From the NCBI RefSeq assembly GCF_009914755.1, contig NC_060943.1: a stretch of DNA of 64,000 bases. One strand, given 5' to 3'. The notes under the pieces were generated by a model. That model did not search any database, was not told the DNA's origin, and worked only from the letters and a program-made list of their open reading frames with translations. Made by a program: the position numbers and the translations under genes. Shown in pieces: positions 42,354 through 60,279 of the stretch. Origin of the DNA: the human T2T-CHM13v2.0 reference genome, Homo sapiens. Position 1 is the stretch's first letter, and the number at the start of each line of letters is the position of its first letter.

Positions 42354-43099
42354 TAGGATTTATTTCATAGTGTGAATGAGACACCTGTAGGCTCCAGGTC
42401 TCTGTCTTCATGAGGTGTGAAGATTCAGTGCTTTATAAAACAGTCCCCACATTCTTCAAAGGCCTTGTTCTTAATTCTCAGCACGCTTGTGCTTCTGACA
42501 TTGTTACTAAAATTAAGCTAAGTTTTTCTGGTTATGTGAGAGCTGTGGAAATGTCCAGCGTTAGCCACTAATGTTTCTCCTTGATATTTCTCCGTATCTT
42601 AATACTGACTCTCAATCCATTACTCAGATGGGTGTCCTTTTCCTGGATGTCTGGAAACTAAGCCTGGCTATCCCTCTGACCTCCCTGCCGAGCTACCATT
42701 TTTTTCCTCTCTCTTTTCTTGTCTACACTTGAGTTGGTAACCTCAGCTCTTTCATGAGCAACCTTGATGCCTTTGACTCCTTCTGAGTTTATTACCCACA
42801 GTTCCATCAGCCAAGTTTAGGGGCCCATGAGAAGGGCTCGTGTAAATTTTCACATTCCTCTAACCAAAATGTAGTGTTTCCTTCCATCTTGAATATAGGC
42901 TGTAGACCCCTCGGGTATGGGGTATTGTTGGCAGTGAGACCACAGCAGTTTTTATGTCATCTGACAGCATCTACAAATAGCCTTCATGGTTGTCACTGCT
43001 TTCCAAGACATTTCCAAGTAACAGTTCCCAGTGATGATTTACTACTCGCTATTGTTACTTAATGTGTTAAGGTGGCTGTCATAGGCACTATTACTATGT

Positions 43100-43280
43100 C
43101 AGAAATTACACCAAAATTTAGTGGCTCAAACAATCATTATGTTATGTGGATTCTCATGCTCACAGTCAGGATTTCAGATATGGCACAAGGGTAGCCCACT
43201 TGTCTCTGTTCCATGATGTCTGGCCTCAGCACGGAAGACTCAACGGCTGGGGTCTGCAACCATTTGGAGGCTTGTTCCCT
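43100..43280 (-). mobile_element. MLT1-type (MaLR) LTR fragment
   Basis: aaattacaccaaaatttagtggctcaaacaa…ctctgttccatgatgtctggcctcagc…ggaggcttgttc is typical of MLT1F-H. Confidence 0.6.
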
Positions 43281-44489
<1,209 letters not shown>

Positions 44490-44543
44490 GTTGGGCAAAT
44501 GGTCTAATATTTCTTTTTTTTTTTTTTTGAAACAGAGTCTTAG

Positions 44544-44744
<201 letters not shown>

Positions 44745-44884
44745 TGATCTGCCCGCCTAGGCCTCCCAAAGTGCTGGAATTACAGGTGGGCGCTTGGCCA
44801 AGGGGCTGATATTTCTTAAGGGCTTCCCCTGAGAAAGAAGAAGCCAAACCTACTCAGGCAAATCTTGTTTATTTATTCTTCTAG

Positions 44885-44922
44885 GTCCAGATTTGGAACA
44901 AATCTCTCTAGAGATTGAACAG
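44885..44922 (+). ncRNA. Candidate 38-nt internal exon of the plus-strand lncRNA
   Basis: ttatttattcttctag|GTCCAG…GAACAG|gtaagg; both splice sites are strong. Confidence 0.55.
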
Positions 44923-46703
44923 GTAAGGCTCACCTTTCAATAATTACACCAAGAAAGGCCTAGCTGATGACTTAAGCTATGGTTTTGGGCAGCACGAGAG
45001 TGGTCAGGTGGACAGTAGGGAAGTCTATACAACCCAAAGGGAAAAGAGAAAAGGCCCATGAGAAATCAGGGCAAATTGCCACAGTGTGTTTTTCTTGATG
45101 GTGTCACTGAAATGTGGGTTACCTTCCCACTGTGTCCCCCAAAGGACATGAGGCCACAGACTGCAGTGCCCGTGAGCAGAGGAGCTGTAGGGACGGTGGT
45201 TTGATCGCTCCATTCAAATGCACACCCCGGTGCCTGTGCGTCTCTTCTGATGCAGGGCCCCAGTGGGTAAGCTCTGTGCTTCTCCACACAGTGGATTAGG
45301 AGTGGAAACATTCTGTCTGTTTAGCGCTTGATGGTTTGGTGGTGACCTCATGTCATGGTGATTAGAGCCAGTGATCCTAACAGTTTAAAATTGTTGAGCT
45401 TGTGGGTAGGTATTTGGGAGATAGTATATGTGTTACCTAGTGTTTGTCATCCGCAGTGGTTTTGTTACTTTTTGCATAAACTGCGGAGAAAGTTTACTAA
45501 CTGCAGATAGTAGAGAAATTACCAGTCACTCTAAAATCCTCCCATTTCTTGGTCTAGAGCTGCGCCTGGATCCCTCAGCAGTGAGGAGACCTGAAGACCA
45601 GAGGAAACACAGCAAGTAGGCCCTTTAAACCACTCACCTGTGTTGTCTTCCAATTTATTCTGTTTTATTTTGTTTCCATCATTTTAAGGGGTTAAAATCA
45701 TCTTGTTCAGACCTCAGCATATAAAATGACCCATCTGTAGACCTCAGGCTCCAACCATACCCCAAGAGTTGTCTGGTTTTGTTTAAATTACTGCCAGGTT
45801 TCAACTGCAGATATCCCTGGAAGGAATATTCCAGATTCCCTGAGTAGTTTCCAGGTTAAAGTCTTATAGGCTTCTTCTGTTTTGAGGAGGAGTTCCTGTC
45901 AGAGAAAAGCCTGATTTGGATTTTTAACTTTAATGCCTGTGAAATGCTATAAAAAATAATTTTCTACCCCTAACATTAAAGTACTGTTAGTGAGAAATTA
46001 AAATTCCCTCAGGAGGATTAAACTGCCATTTCAGTTACCTGAATTCCAAATGTTTTGGTTGTTAGAATTTTCTTTAATGTTCATGAGGAAGTGTTTTATA
46101 TTTTCTATCAAGATTAATTCTCTTTTTTTTTTTTTTTTAGACGGAGCCTTGCTCTGTTGCCCAGGCTGGTGTGTAGTGATCTCAGCTCACTGCAAGCTCC
46201 ACCTTCCGGGTTCACACCATTCTCCCACCTCAACCCCCGGAGTAGCTGGAACTACAGCCTCCTGCCACCACGCCTGGCTAATTTTTTTTTTGTATTTTTA
46301 GTAGAGACGGGGTTTCACCATGTTAGCTAGGATGGTCTCGATCTGCTGACCTCGTGATCCACCCGCCTCGGCCTCTCAAAGTGCTGGGATTAAAGGCGTA
46401 AGCCACTGCGCCTGGCTGTTTTTTCATTTCTATTATGATTTGTCCTGTGGAATGTCAGTGACTTAGCGGTATTTTTATCACACGTTTATAAAGCTGAATA
46501 GTTTTGTATGTCAGCTCAGCACCCTTAGTGTCAGCCATGCTAGTCTCCTGCTGTGCATAGATCGAGGCCTGTCCATACCCGAATCTCCTGGGTTCCCACT
46601 GTCAGCACCTGAAGGTACCCACCAGATGTGTCTGTCACTTCCCTACATCCACCTCTATTGTGGTTCTCATGTTTCTGCCTCCCTAGAGACCATTTCTCTG
46701 TAG

Positions 46704-46885
46704 AGCAGCGCTTTCGAATAGAAATACAATGCCAGACACATAAGTTGTTTTAGATTTTCTAGTAGTCACTTTAGAAAAGTTAAAAAGAAACAGGTGAAAT
46801 TAATGTTTTATTTCACCTAAAATGTTAGCATTATCCAAAATATCACTTCAACATCTTATCAAAATAAAATTATTAATGAGATTGG
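46704..46885. mobile_element. MER33 (hAT-Charlie) fragment
   Basis: cagcgctttcgaatagaaatacaatg…ttttctagtagtcac…aaaaagaaacaggtgaaattaat matches recalled MER33. Confidence 0.65.
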
Positions 46886-47648
46886 TTACCGTTCCGATAA
46901 ATAGGTGAACTGAGAGCATACACAGTAGTATTCTGTTCTAATTTCTGCTTCACTGTGAGTGTCTTGACATAGTCTTAAAAGAGTATTGCTGTGAAATATT
47001 ATACATGTAACTCATAACCTCTACAATTCTGCAGTTGTAATTGGTTGTCTTACCTAATAATCAGTTGCTTTGCTTCATAATATTTAAATTGGCATCTCTA
47101 TTTTCCAAAAGGCATAAATACTAGTATAGTTTTTTAGTTAAGCCAGGAGAAAGTTCACTTTATTTACATAACTTATACGTAAAAATTTAATAAATCTCCC
47201 TGCTTCTTTTCTTTTGCATCATAACAACCACTGAAAATAATATTTCTATGGCAGTTGGGGGTAAATGGACAATAGCTTTTGTGACCAGAGGTGAATGGCC
47301 CAGGGTCTCCAGCACTCCAGGTCCCACTGAGCCTGCCCCACAGCTGAGGGCATCGGTATTTCCACACACCTATAATGTACAGTGCCCCAGAACAGAGATC
47401 GGATGCTCTGCTTTATTCAGATGGGGTGTTGAGAGTATTGTCATTGTAATTGAATTAGTAAGTAAGTATTTATACACTGTTAAAATCTGGTTGGATTTGT
47501 GTCCCTTCACAAAACAAATTGCTTAAATGAAACCACAGAGTTAACATAATTGACTACATCTGCTTCTATGAGCTGCTGTTCTAACATTTAACTAGAATCT
47601 AATTTGAAATTAGTCAATAAAAAGTTTATTCAACTGAATTATATTTAG

Positions 47649-47863
<215 letters not shown>

Positions 47864-48264
47864 TAGTTACTTATTTTTATGACTTTATTGTTATAAAAAT
47901 GCTTGTTTTTAAAAAAAATCAACCAGTATAACAAAGAACAAAGAAGATAATCAACAAGCATTCCCACCTCCATGATTTAGAAATAACTGTCATCAATACA
48001 GGAAAATACCATGCCATTCTTTCTCCTCTAGGCACATGGACAGACAGATAGAAGGATGGGAAAATAGATAGATGGTCCAGGCACAATGGCTCACGCCTGT
48101 AATCTCAGCACTTTGGGAGGCCAAGGCGTGTGGATTACCTGAGGTCAGGAGTTTGAGACCAGCCTAGCCAACATGGTGAAACCCCATCTCTACTTATAAT
48201 ACCCAAAAAAAAAAAAAAAAATTGGCCAGGAATGGTGGTGGGCTCCTGTAATCCCAGCTACTCA

Positions 48265-48438
<174 letters not shown>

Positions 48439-49929
48439 TTAATGAGGCTACGATAGTGCGTATTTGTATAAAAAGCATTAATTTGCATTTGTTGGCATTT
48501 TGAAGCTCTGTTGTTGGATGCATACACATTTAGTATCTATATGTCGTTATGATTTGTAAATCATGTAATGCGTCTCTTTACATAATGATTTTTAAATTAT
48601 TTTGTAATGTTTCTCATTACGTTATGTAATGCCCTTATTAACTTTCCTTGGAAATCTTTTTTACCCGTTATCCATACAACCACTCTTGCTTTCTTAATAC
48701 TGATGTTAGCATGATATACCTTTTTTCTTTTGTTCGTTTTTTATTTTAACTGTCAACTTACCTATGCTGTGTTTGAAGTGAGGTTCTTGTACGTGGCATG
48801 TAGTTGGGTTATGTTTTATTTTATTTAAACTGCCATCTCTGTCCTTTACATCAAAGGTAAATTGATGTTCTTAGACCACGTACCTTTAAAGTAATTCTTG
48901 ATGTGTTAAAGCTTAATTCTGCCATTTTATTATTTGTTTTCTGTTTGTTTCCTGTTTCCCTGTTCTAGTCTTCCACTGGATACTTGATCACTTTTAAAAT
49001 TCCATCTTGTTTAATTTATACTGTATTTGAGTATATCACTTACATAGTTCTTTTGGTGGTTGCTCTAGGTATTACAGTATATATCTATAACTTAGCCTAT
49101 TGCTATCCACATTTAAGTACTTGCAGTGGAGCATTGAAAACTTACTTTCATTTAGGTCTTTACCCTCTCTACCTTTTAGATATAATTGTTTCCAATGTTT
49201 CCTTTTTCATATTGAGCATTCCAACATATGCTTTTATAATTTTTGCTTGAGTCATCAAATATGATTTCAGAAATTCATAAGAAGGAGATTCTTACGGCTT
49301 TGTGGCCCTAGATATACTGCCTGTAGTATACTGACCAGTGGCTCCAGACCTCTTTTCTTTGGTGGGAGAGGGTCTGGCACTTGGGTGGGCCTTGCCAAAA
49401 TTTTCTTTCTCTGTTGTTGACCATCATCTCCCTCTGAAGTTTACTGCCTGACCTGTTTCTGTGTTTGGTTACTCCAGGTGAACTTGTGCTATTTCTGTTG
49501 TCTTTAGGTTGAGAGTGGTAGAACTTTTTTTTAACTTCATTCTATCATCTTTACCCCAAAGTCTTACATTTTTAATAAAATTAAAAGCCACCATTTTTGG
49601 TCCTTTGTCAGTGACAGCTATCTAAAGAAAGACATTAGCAGCTTTTTAGATATTTAAGGAAGTTTCTGTCATTCTTTGGTTGTCATATCTTTAGGAAACA
49701 TTTTTTTCCCTAAATTACTCCAAATTAAATTAATCCTACAGTTGGTCTAATTTAATTTTTTTTTTTTTTTTTTTTGAGACAGGGTCTCATTCTGTAACCC
49801 AGGCTGAAGTGTAGGGGTGGAATCATAGGTTATTGCAGCCTCAAACTCCTAGGCTCAAGAGATCCTCCCACCTCAGCCTCCCAAGTAACTGGAACTGCAG
49901 GTGTGCACCGCCATGCCTAGCTAATTTAA

Positions 49930-50082
<153 letters not shown>

Positions 50083-51789
50083 TAGCTCAAAAGTTTTTCA
50101 TCCTTTTAACCAAAGTTGCCAAATCTAAAGCATTATTCCTTTTGGTCATCAAGTAGAGGAATGGATGAATATATTTCAGTTTGCTTATTACTAAAATATG
50201 TTAGTAATAGCATATTTTATTCAAATCACTGCATATTAGCTCTGTCTTATTTTCCATTTTCATGACAAACACACCCAAAGCTCAGCTCACTGTATTTACT
50301 TTCTTTTCATGATACTGTTTGCTAAGTTTTTTCTGTTTGCTTCACCATATTTTGAACAATTTTCTATTAAACTAGGATATTTTAAAAGTTTGCCTTTTCA
50401 GGCCGGGTGTGGTGGCTCACGCCTGTAATCCCAGCACTTTGGGAGGCCGAGGCAGGCGGATCACGAGGTCAGGAGATCGAGACCATCCTGGCTATCGAGA
50501 CCATCCTGGCTAACACGGTGAAACCTCGTCTCTACTAAAAAAAATACAAAAAATTAGCCGGGCATGGTGGCAGGTGCCTATAGTCCCAGCTACTCGGAGG
50601 CTGAGGCAGGAGAATGGCGTGAACCCTGGAGGCGGAGCTTGCGGTGAGCCGAGATGGTGCCACTGCACTCCAGCCTGGGCAACAGAGCAAGACTGTGTCT
50701 CAAGAAAAAAAAAAAATAGTTTGTGTTTTCAATTGTCTTACTTAGACAAACTCTGTAGTTTCAAAGTTATCTTTTTCTTGCCTGATGCCTTTGATGTTTG
50801 ATGATGTTAATAATATACTATTTTCAAAGCCAATTTCTTATTTCTACACTGATATTGGAAAAAGAATAAAGTGATGAAGTCAACAGGTGTTATTAAAAAA
50901 TGTGAATAACAGGAAAATGTTTTGTTGTTTGTTTTGTTTTGTCTTTGAAGTCTTTCACAGACTAGATTTGAAGGTTTATGAAGGATAGGGCAAAATTTTC
51001 TAAGGAAAGTTGCATCCTATGACCTCAGGCTGACTTCAAGTAAGAGTGGATTTGATAAAGGCATTGTCTTTCTTAGAGTATGTGCATCTTGGCAGAGGAG
51101 CCTGGAGAGGCAGTATAGAAGGATTGTTTTAGATGTTGGATCTCTGTAACCTGCATTTACATTTTGTTGAGCCGTTGTCATTTGGGGGAAAACACGAAAA
51201 AGAAAAGATCATTATCATGCTACTATAATGCACATCACATAGAATTGCAATGATTTGTTGGTTGTTCATTCCAGTCCAAGAACTGTGAGTTTCTCCAGCC
51301 AAAGGTCTTGTATTTATTGATCTTTCTGTCCCACAGGCCTAAAACAGCAGTTGGCCCATGGACAGTTTAATAAATGTTTGCTGACTAATAGATAGGGTAT
51401 CTAAAATCTTTTCCATGGCCTTATCTCTGGAGATTAAAATTTTCCAGCACTTGTCTATAAAAGATGTCTATGCGTAACTGTAGGGAAGACATTGTAATTT
51501 CTGAAGAGGAGGAGCAAACCGACAAGGTTATTGTAGCATTGATTATAATGCATGGTAGCAGTCTATTCTCAGACCTTTAGATGCCTATTTACCTGATGCA
51601 CTGGCACCAATGCCCCCATTTTGGTGTGCCATCTTCCCTTCACCACTTGGGACAACACAGATAATAAAATCAGCTCCAAAAGCTAACCCATGGTGGATCC
51701 CTTCACACCAGTTCACGGTAGAAAGTAACCCCCTTGCTTGTAGAAAACATTATTATTATTATTCTTCAGATGGAGTTTTGCTTTGGTAG

Positions 51790-51969
<180 letters not shown>

Positions 51970-52066
51970 TGAACTCCTGACCTCAGGTGATCTGCTCGCT
52001 TCAGCCTCCCAAAGTCCTGGGATTACAGGCATGAGCCACTGCACCCGGCCTAGAAAACATCATTAA

Positions 52067-52411
<345 letters not shown>

Positions 52412-52962
52412 TAAAGTGTGGAGGTAAACAGTAGATGCCAAGTTTTCCTCCAGGTTAGAAGTGGCAGATGCCCCAGTACAGAATAATGTCCCTAACCAGG
52501 CCTCCCACTGCATGAAGACCTTATTTTCTGGAGCTTAAACCTGGACAAAGGTCTGACCAGTAGCACTATGTTCATGAATATCAGGTCAAAAATTTAAAAC
52601 TGGGACTATCCAGAGGAACCTGGTAGCTGCAAGTGTAGTCTGCAGTCCAATGGTCAGCTATGAAAACAGGCTACTTGTACTTTCTGTTTGTCATGGAGTC
52701 TGATGTAAAAATTGATGACACTTTCTAACTTCTGGTGTGCTTCCCTTCCTTGTTCATTTTCCATAAGTAGCTTCCTCCATCCCTCTTCCCAACAGGCCAC
52801 AGTCAATTCAGGACATTTTAACCATGAAAATGAGTCTCTGTAAGAGGAATTTAGAGGCCAGGCACGGTGGCCCAGCACTTCAGGAGGTTGAGGCCAGCAG
52901 ATCACCTGAGGTCAGGAGTTCTAGACCAGACTGACCAACATGGTGAAACCCTGTCTCTACTA

Positions 52963-53175
<213 letters not shown>

Positions 53176-53350
53176 TTAAAAATCCCCCAAACCTCTTTAA
53201 CAGGAGTTTAGGTTATAATATAAATGTGTTGAGGGTACTTTTTGCCTTTGTTGATGAAGGACTCTAGTGAGATTGTGCTGATGATATTGCTGTACTTGGA
53301 ATGGACTGGTCCTTTCATTTCCTGGATTTGTCTCTTTATTCTTTTGAGTT

Positions 53351-53971
53351 CAGGCATAACTTATGTTAATACACTTTGCAGATACTGTGTTTTTGACAAA
53401 TTGAAGGTTTTGGCAACCATGCGTGGAGCGTCCATCTGTGCCACGTTTCTATCATCATGTGGTCAGTTGGTGACTCTGTCACATTTTGCTAATTCTTACA
53501 ATACTTCAAATTTTCCATTATTATTACTCTGTTATGGTGATGTGTGATAGGTGGTCTTTGAGGTAACTGTTGTAACTATTTTGGGAGGTCATGAACCAGG
53601 ACCCTATATGATGGCAAAATTAATTGATAAACATTGTATGTGTTCTGACTGCTCCCCTGCCCAGCTATTTCTCCATCTTTCTCTCCTTTGCCCTCCTTAC
53701 TCCTTGAGACTCAACAATATTAAAATTATTTCAATGAATAATCCTCCAATGCCCTCTTAGTGTGCAAATTAAAGGAAGACACATGTCTTTCACTTTCAGT
53801 CAAAACCAAGAAACGATTAGGCTTAATGAGGAAGGCCATGTTGAAAACTGAGACAGGCTGAAAGCTATACTTCTTGTGCCAAAGTTAGCCAAGTTGTAAG
53901 TGCAAAGAAAAAGTTCTCAAAGGAAATTAGAAGTGCTACTCTGGTGAAAACATTCATGATAAGAAAACAAA
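53351..53971 (+). mobile_element. Tigger1 5' fragment, abruptly truncated
   Basis: caggcata…ttgcagatactgtgttttt…acaaattgaagg… through aaggaaattagaagtgctactc…tgataagaaa matches the Tigger1 5' end and transposase start. Confidence 0.85.
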
Positions 53972-54250
53972 GCCCTAATTACTATGGATATTGCCTAGGG
54001 TAGTACTCCACGCCCTCTGGGCACACAATAGATATTATCTGATGAACTGGAAAAGAGCAAACCAGAAGTGGCTTTATTTTCCCACTTGGACTCCCTTGGA
54101 CTGCCTTGGACTAATTTTTAAGTCTTGGTTGGAAATCACCGAGTAGGTTCATAAGGTGCATGACAGAAATAAGCTTTATAGTGGCTTACTTTCATTTAGT
54201 TCTGGAAGTTTACCTTTGCCTTAGTTTTGGAAGTAAATTCTAGTTTGTAG
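53972..54250 (+). other. Orphan ~280-bp insert, candidate XIST-derived fragment
   Basis: Non-repeat sequence between a truncated Tigger1 and a truncated L1. GTGCATGACAGAAATAAGCTTTATAGTGG…TTTGCCTTAGTTTTGGAAGTAAATTCTAGTTTGTAG resembles my recollection of the XIST terminal exon. Unverified. Confidence 0.45.
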
Positions 54251-54552
54251 AACCATTTTTGTTGCTCTTTCTTCAGTCTTGATATTCCATTCTCTTCTGT
54301 CCTTCCTAATGGAATTTATGCATTCTTTTACAACAGGTCTGTTGGTTATAAATTCCCAGAGTTTTCCTTCATCTGAGAATGTCTATTTTATGTTCCTTCC
54401 TGAAAGATATTTTTACTGGCTATAGAATTCTGGGTTGAAAGTTCTTTTCTTTCAGCACTTTTCTCCTACACAGAAAAATGCACTACTCCCTTCTGGCCTT
54501 CATGGTTTCTAACTAGGAATCCACCAGCATTAGAATCATTGTTATGGTAAAG

Positions 54553-54761
54553 TGATGGTTCTCAACTGCGAACATTTCCACACCCAAACAAGCATTTGGC
54601 AATGTCTAGAGACATTTTGTGCTTGTCACAACTGGAAATTGCTACTGGCATCTAGTGAGAAGAGGCTAGGGGTGCTGCTAAACATCCTACAACGTACAGC
54701 AAAGCCCACCAGAGCAGAGAATTATTTGACACAAAATGTCACTAGTTCCGAAGCTGAGAAA
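54553..54761 (+). mobile_element. MER20
   Basis: ggttctcaac…atttggcaatgtctagagacatttt…tgctactggcatctagtg…gctgctaaacatcctacaa…gctgagaaa. Confidence 0.85.
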
Positions 54762-55332
54762 TAGTTACATATGTGTCATTTCTCACTGAGTGCTCTCAAG
54801 AGTTTTGTCTTTAATTCTCTGAAATTTGGATTTGATATTCTAGACATGGATTTCATTGCATTTATTCTATTTGGGTTTCATTCATCTTCTTGAATGTGTA
54901 GGTTTACATCTTTTGCCAAAGTTGGGTAGTTTTAAGGCCTTCTTTCTTCAAATATATTTTTAGCTCTGCTCCTTTTCTGTTTCTGGGACTCTGATATGAA
55001 TGTTTGATCTTTTGTTATTATCCCTATGGCCCATGGGCTTCCATTCTTTTTTTCCCCCAATTGATTTTATTTCTTGTCTAGAATGGATAATTTCTATTGA
55101 TGAATGTTCAAGTTTATTATTTCCTCTGCCATCTCCATTCTGTTATTGAGCCAATCCAGTAATTTTTAAAAATTTACTTGTTGAATTTTTCATTTCCATT
55201 TTTTTCTATTTGGTTCTTTGTTATATCTTCTATTTCTTTACTTAGTGCCCCCTCCTTTAATTTGATTTAAGAGTGTTTGCAATTGCTTGGTGCATTTTAA
55301 TGATAGGTCTCTTAAACTCATTGTCAGTGAAT

Positions 55333-55375
55333 TATTAATGGCAAAAACTGAAATTACTTTTGCACCAACCAAATA
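55333..55375. mobile_element. MADE1 (Hsmar1-derived MITE) half
   Basis: taatggcaaaaactgaaattacttttgcaccaaccaaata. Confidence 0.75.
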
Positions 55376-55988
55376 CAGTATCAGTGTAATCTTGGTGTTG
55401 GTATCTGTTCTCTTTTTCTATTAGGTTTAGATTTGCCTGGTTTTGGTATAATGAATATTTTTAATTGTATCCTTGATATTTTGAGTATTAGGTTATGAGG
55501 CCCAGGTTTCTATTCATTTTGTGTTTAACTTTTTAAGAAACTGCCACACTGTTTCCCAAAGTAATTGTACCATTTTAATTTCCACCAGCAGTATGAGCTT
55601 CACCTGCTTCTTATCTTCACTAACACTTGCTATACTTAGCTTTTTAAGTGCTAGCCATTATATTAGGCACATAGTGTTAACTTATTGTGTTTTAATTTGC
55701 ATTTCACTTGTGACTAATCATATGTTTATTTGACATCTGTATATCTTCTTTGGGTTGTTGAATTTTAAGGTCTTTTTATATTCAAGTCTTTGTCAGATAT
55801 ATATAAGATTAGAAAATATTTTCTCCCAGTCTGTGGCTAATCTTTTCCTTCTCTTCACAAAGTCGGTTAAGAGCAAAAGCTTTCAATTTTGATGACTAAT
55901 TAATTTATTTGTTAAGGACTTGCAGTTTCAGTAACATATATAAGAAATTTTTGCCTACTCCAAGGTTCTGAAAGTTTTATAGTTTTAA

Positions 55989-56251
<263 letters not shown>

Positions 56252-57665
56252 TGATCTGCCAGCCTCAGCCCCCCAAAATGCTGGAATTACAGGTGTGTAC
56301 CACCATTCCCAGCATTTAGTTAACGTTTTTTGTAGGTGCTTTGAGCTATAAATCAATGTAAATTTTTAAACATATATATAACAAGTTCTTCTAGCATTGT
56401 TTGTTAAAAAGATTACCTCTTCTTTAATAAATTTCCTTTGCACCACTGTCACAAATCAGTTGTCCATGTATGTGTGTTTCTCAACTCTCTATTTTATTCC
56501 ATGAATACCACACAGTCTTGATTACTGTAGCTTTATAATAAGTCTTAAATTCAGGTAACATATGTTCTCCAACTTTTTCTTTTTTTTTTTTTGAGTCGGA
56601 GTCTCCCTCTGTCATCCAGACTAGAGTGCAATGGCGTGATCTCGGCTCACTTCAACCTCCGACTCCCAGGTTCAAGCAATTCTCCCTGCCTCAGCTTCCC
56701 AAGTAGCTGGAATTTCAGGTGCCTGCCAGCAGACCTGGCTATTTTTGTATTTTTTAGTAGAGATGGGTTTTGCCATGTTGGCTGGTCTTGAACTCCTGAC
56801 CTCAGGTGATCTGTCCACCGCAGCCTACCAAAGTGCTGGGATTACAGGCATGAGCCATCGCGCCCAGCCTATTTTCCAACTTTCAGAATTATTTTTAAAA
56901 GTTGTTTTCACTAATCTAGGTCCTTTGCATGTCCATATGTATTTTAGAATTGAGTTCCCAATTTCTACAAAACAAAAAGCCTCCTGAATATTCAAAATGG
57001 GATTTCACTGAATCTATAGGTCAGGTTGGAAAGAATTGACATATTAATGGTATTGAGTCTTGTAGTCTCTGAACATAGTATATCTCTATTTAGGTCTTTT
57101 TTAAAGTTCTCCCAGAAGTGTTTTTAATTTTTATACTATACATCTTGCACTTCTTTTGCCAGATGCATCACTATGTATTTCATATTGTTTATGGTGTTAT
57201 AAATGGCATTTAAGGTTTTAAGGTTCAGATTGTTCATGGCTAGTTCATGCAAAATCATCTGCTTTATATATATTGATCTTTATTTTGCAGTCTCACTAAG
57301 CTCATTTAGTTCTAATAGTGTTGTAGATACCTTCAGATTTTTTTTATATAGACAATCATATAATCTGTTAATAAAGATGATTTTACTTCCTTTCCAATCT
57401 GGATACTTTGTATTCTTTCATTTATTGCACTAGCTAGAACTTCCAGTATAATGCTTAGTGGAAGTGTTTAGACCAGGTATCCTCTTTTTGCTGATCTTTG
57501 GACTTTTACCATTAAGTATGATGTTAGCAGTAGGTTTCTCACACATACTCTTTATTGGTTAAGGAAATTCCCAGAATCCCAGAATTCTTTTCCTCCTTAA
57601 CTGAATTATTCTCCTTAATGAATGCTGGATGCCTAGTAAATTTTTTATTTTATTTTATTTTTTAA

Positions 57666-57792
<127 letters not shown>

Positions 57793-58589
57793 TAGCTGGG
57801 ATTACAGACCTGGCGGGTTTTTTTTTTTGGTATTTTTAGTAGAGACGGGGTTTCACCATGTTGATCAGGCTGGTCTCGAACTCCTGACCTCAGGTGATCC
57901 ACCCGCCTCAGCCTCCCGAAGTGCTGGAATTACAGGCTCGAGCCACCGCACCCAGCTGATGCCTAGTAATTTTTTATTTTCCACTTTGGCTACTGGGAAA
58001 AGGAATTATTCCTGGACGTTTTTGAGCTCTGTGGATTCTTCCCTCTAATCCTTTAAGGTAATTGTTTTTCCCTGGCTTCAGGTAGTTTTCACACACGCAC
58101 GTGTTGATGAATATTTAGCTGAACTTAAAGGAAGATCCTCTGGAGATTTCCGTGCAGTTCTCTCCTCTTCAGTGTTTTGCCTTGTCAACTCGGGCCACTT
58201 TGGCCTCATCAGACTCCTCATTCTATCTAAACACTAGGAGACCACCAGGCTCTGCCTGAGTTACTCCTCCCAGCAGTAATCTGGAAAAACTAGGAAAAAT
58301 TTATTTCTGTTTTTTTCAGGGATCACTGTTCTTCATTGGAAATTGACATTTTAGTATATTCAATGTCTTAAAAACCATTGTTTCACCTATTTCGTTTAGC
58401 TTTTTAGTATTTACAGATATAAGGGTAAATCTGGTCTGTTTCTCCATTTGATCAGAAGCAGACATCTGTTCATTCTGTTACTGGTGACTTTCAGTTAACA
58501 GAATAATAAAATTAATATGAATATGCCACACTTTTCTAGTTAAAATGTTTTGTCTAGGAAATATTCTTTACTGTGAGGTTATAAAATGA

Positions 58590-58817
<228 letters not shown>

Positions 58818-58928
58818 TGATTAGGTCTTGGCTTATCCTTCCACTGTTTTTGAAAGTATAAACATAGCTGGGTGCGGTGGTTCACGCCTGTAATCCCAGC
58901 ACTTTGGGAGGCTGAGGCGGGCAGATCA

Positions 58929-59170
<242 letters not shown>

Positions 59171-59357
59171 CTAGTCAACATGAATGAAAATGGCTTATTA
59201 CAATACAGTTACATAACAAAAAATTATTTTTCACACAAATTGTGAAATTCCATAGATGACAATAATTTAGGAGGGAACTACCTGTTAAAGGTGTGACTTA
59301 CAAAATGTGCTAAATATGTGTACATATAGTCACCATTTCTTAACTCATGTAACACTA

Positions 59358-59690
<333 letters not shown>

Positions 59691-59967
59691 CTAGAGTGAG
59701 ACTCCACCTCAAAAATAAAAATTATCCATCCTGCTCAGAGCTTAAACATTATAAGCAAATATCTACTATATTATTCTTTGATTAAATATTGGGTTCATCT
59801 ATGTAAGTTTTTTTCATGTATCTTCATGAGTGAAATTTTTCTGGAATTTGATGTTCAAGAGCTATCCCATCTACTTTTATTATAAAAATGTTAGTCTTTT
59901 AGCATGCCCTGGCAAATTTTCCATAGGATTTTCTATTCTTCAGGGTGTAGCCTGTACAGTTTTCTAG

Positions 59968-60279
<312 letters not shown>

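Noticed and set aside
47173-47526. Short ORFs in non-repeat sequence, possibly a duplicated exon
   Set aside because: No recognisable protein similarity and no consistent splice-site pair.
52654-52905. 83-aa minus-strand ORF with an acceptor-like ttacag near 52838
   Set aside because: It begins in an Alu and has no identifiable homology; it cannot be supported as a coding exon from sequence alone.
53972-54250. Mitochondrial 16S rRNA NUMT
   Set aside because: Only short word matches (caatagatat, agaaataa) with no convincing colinearity.
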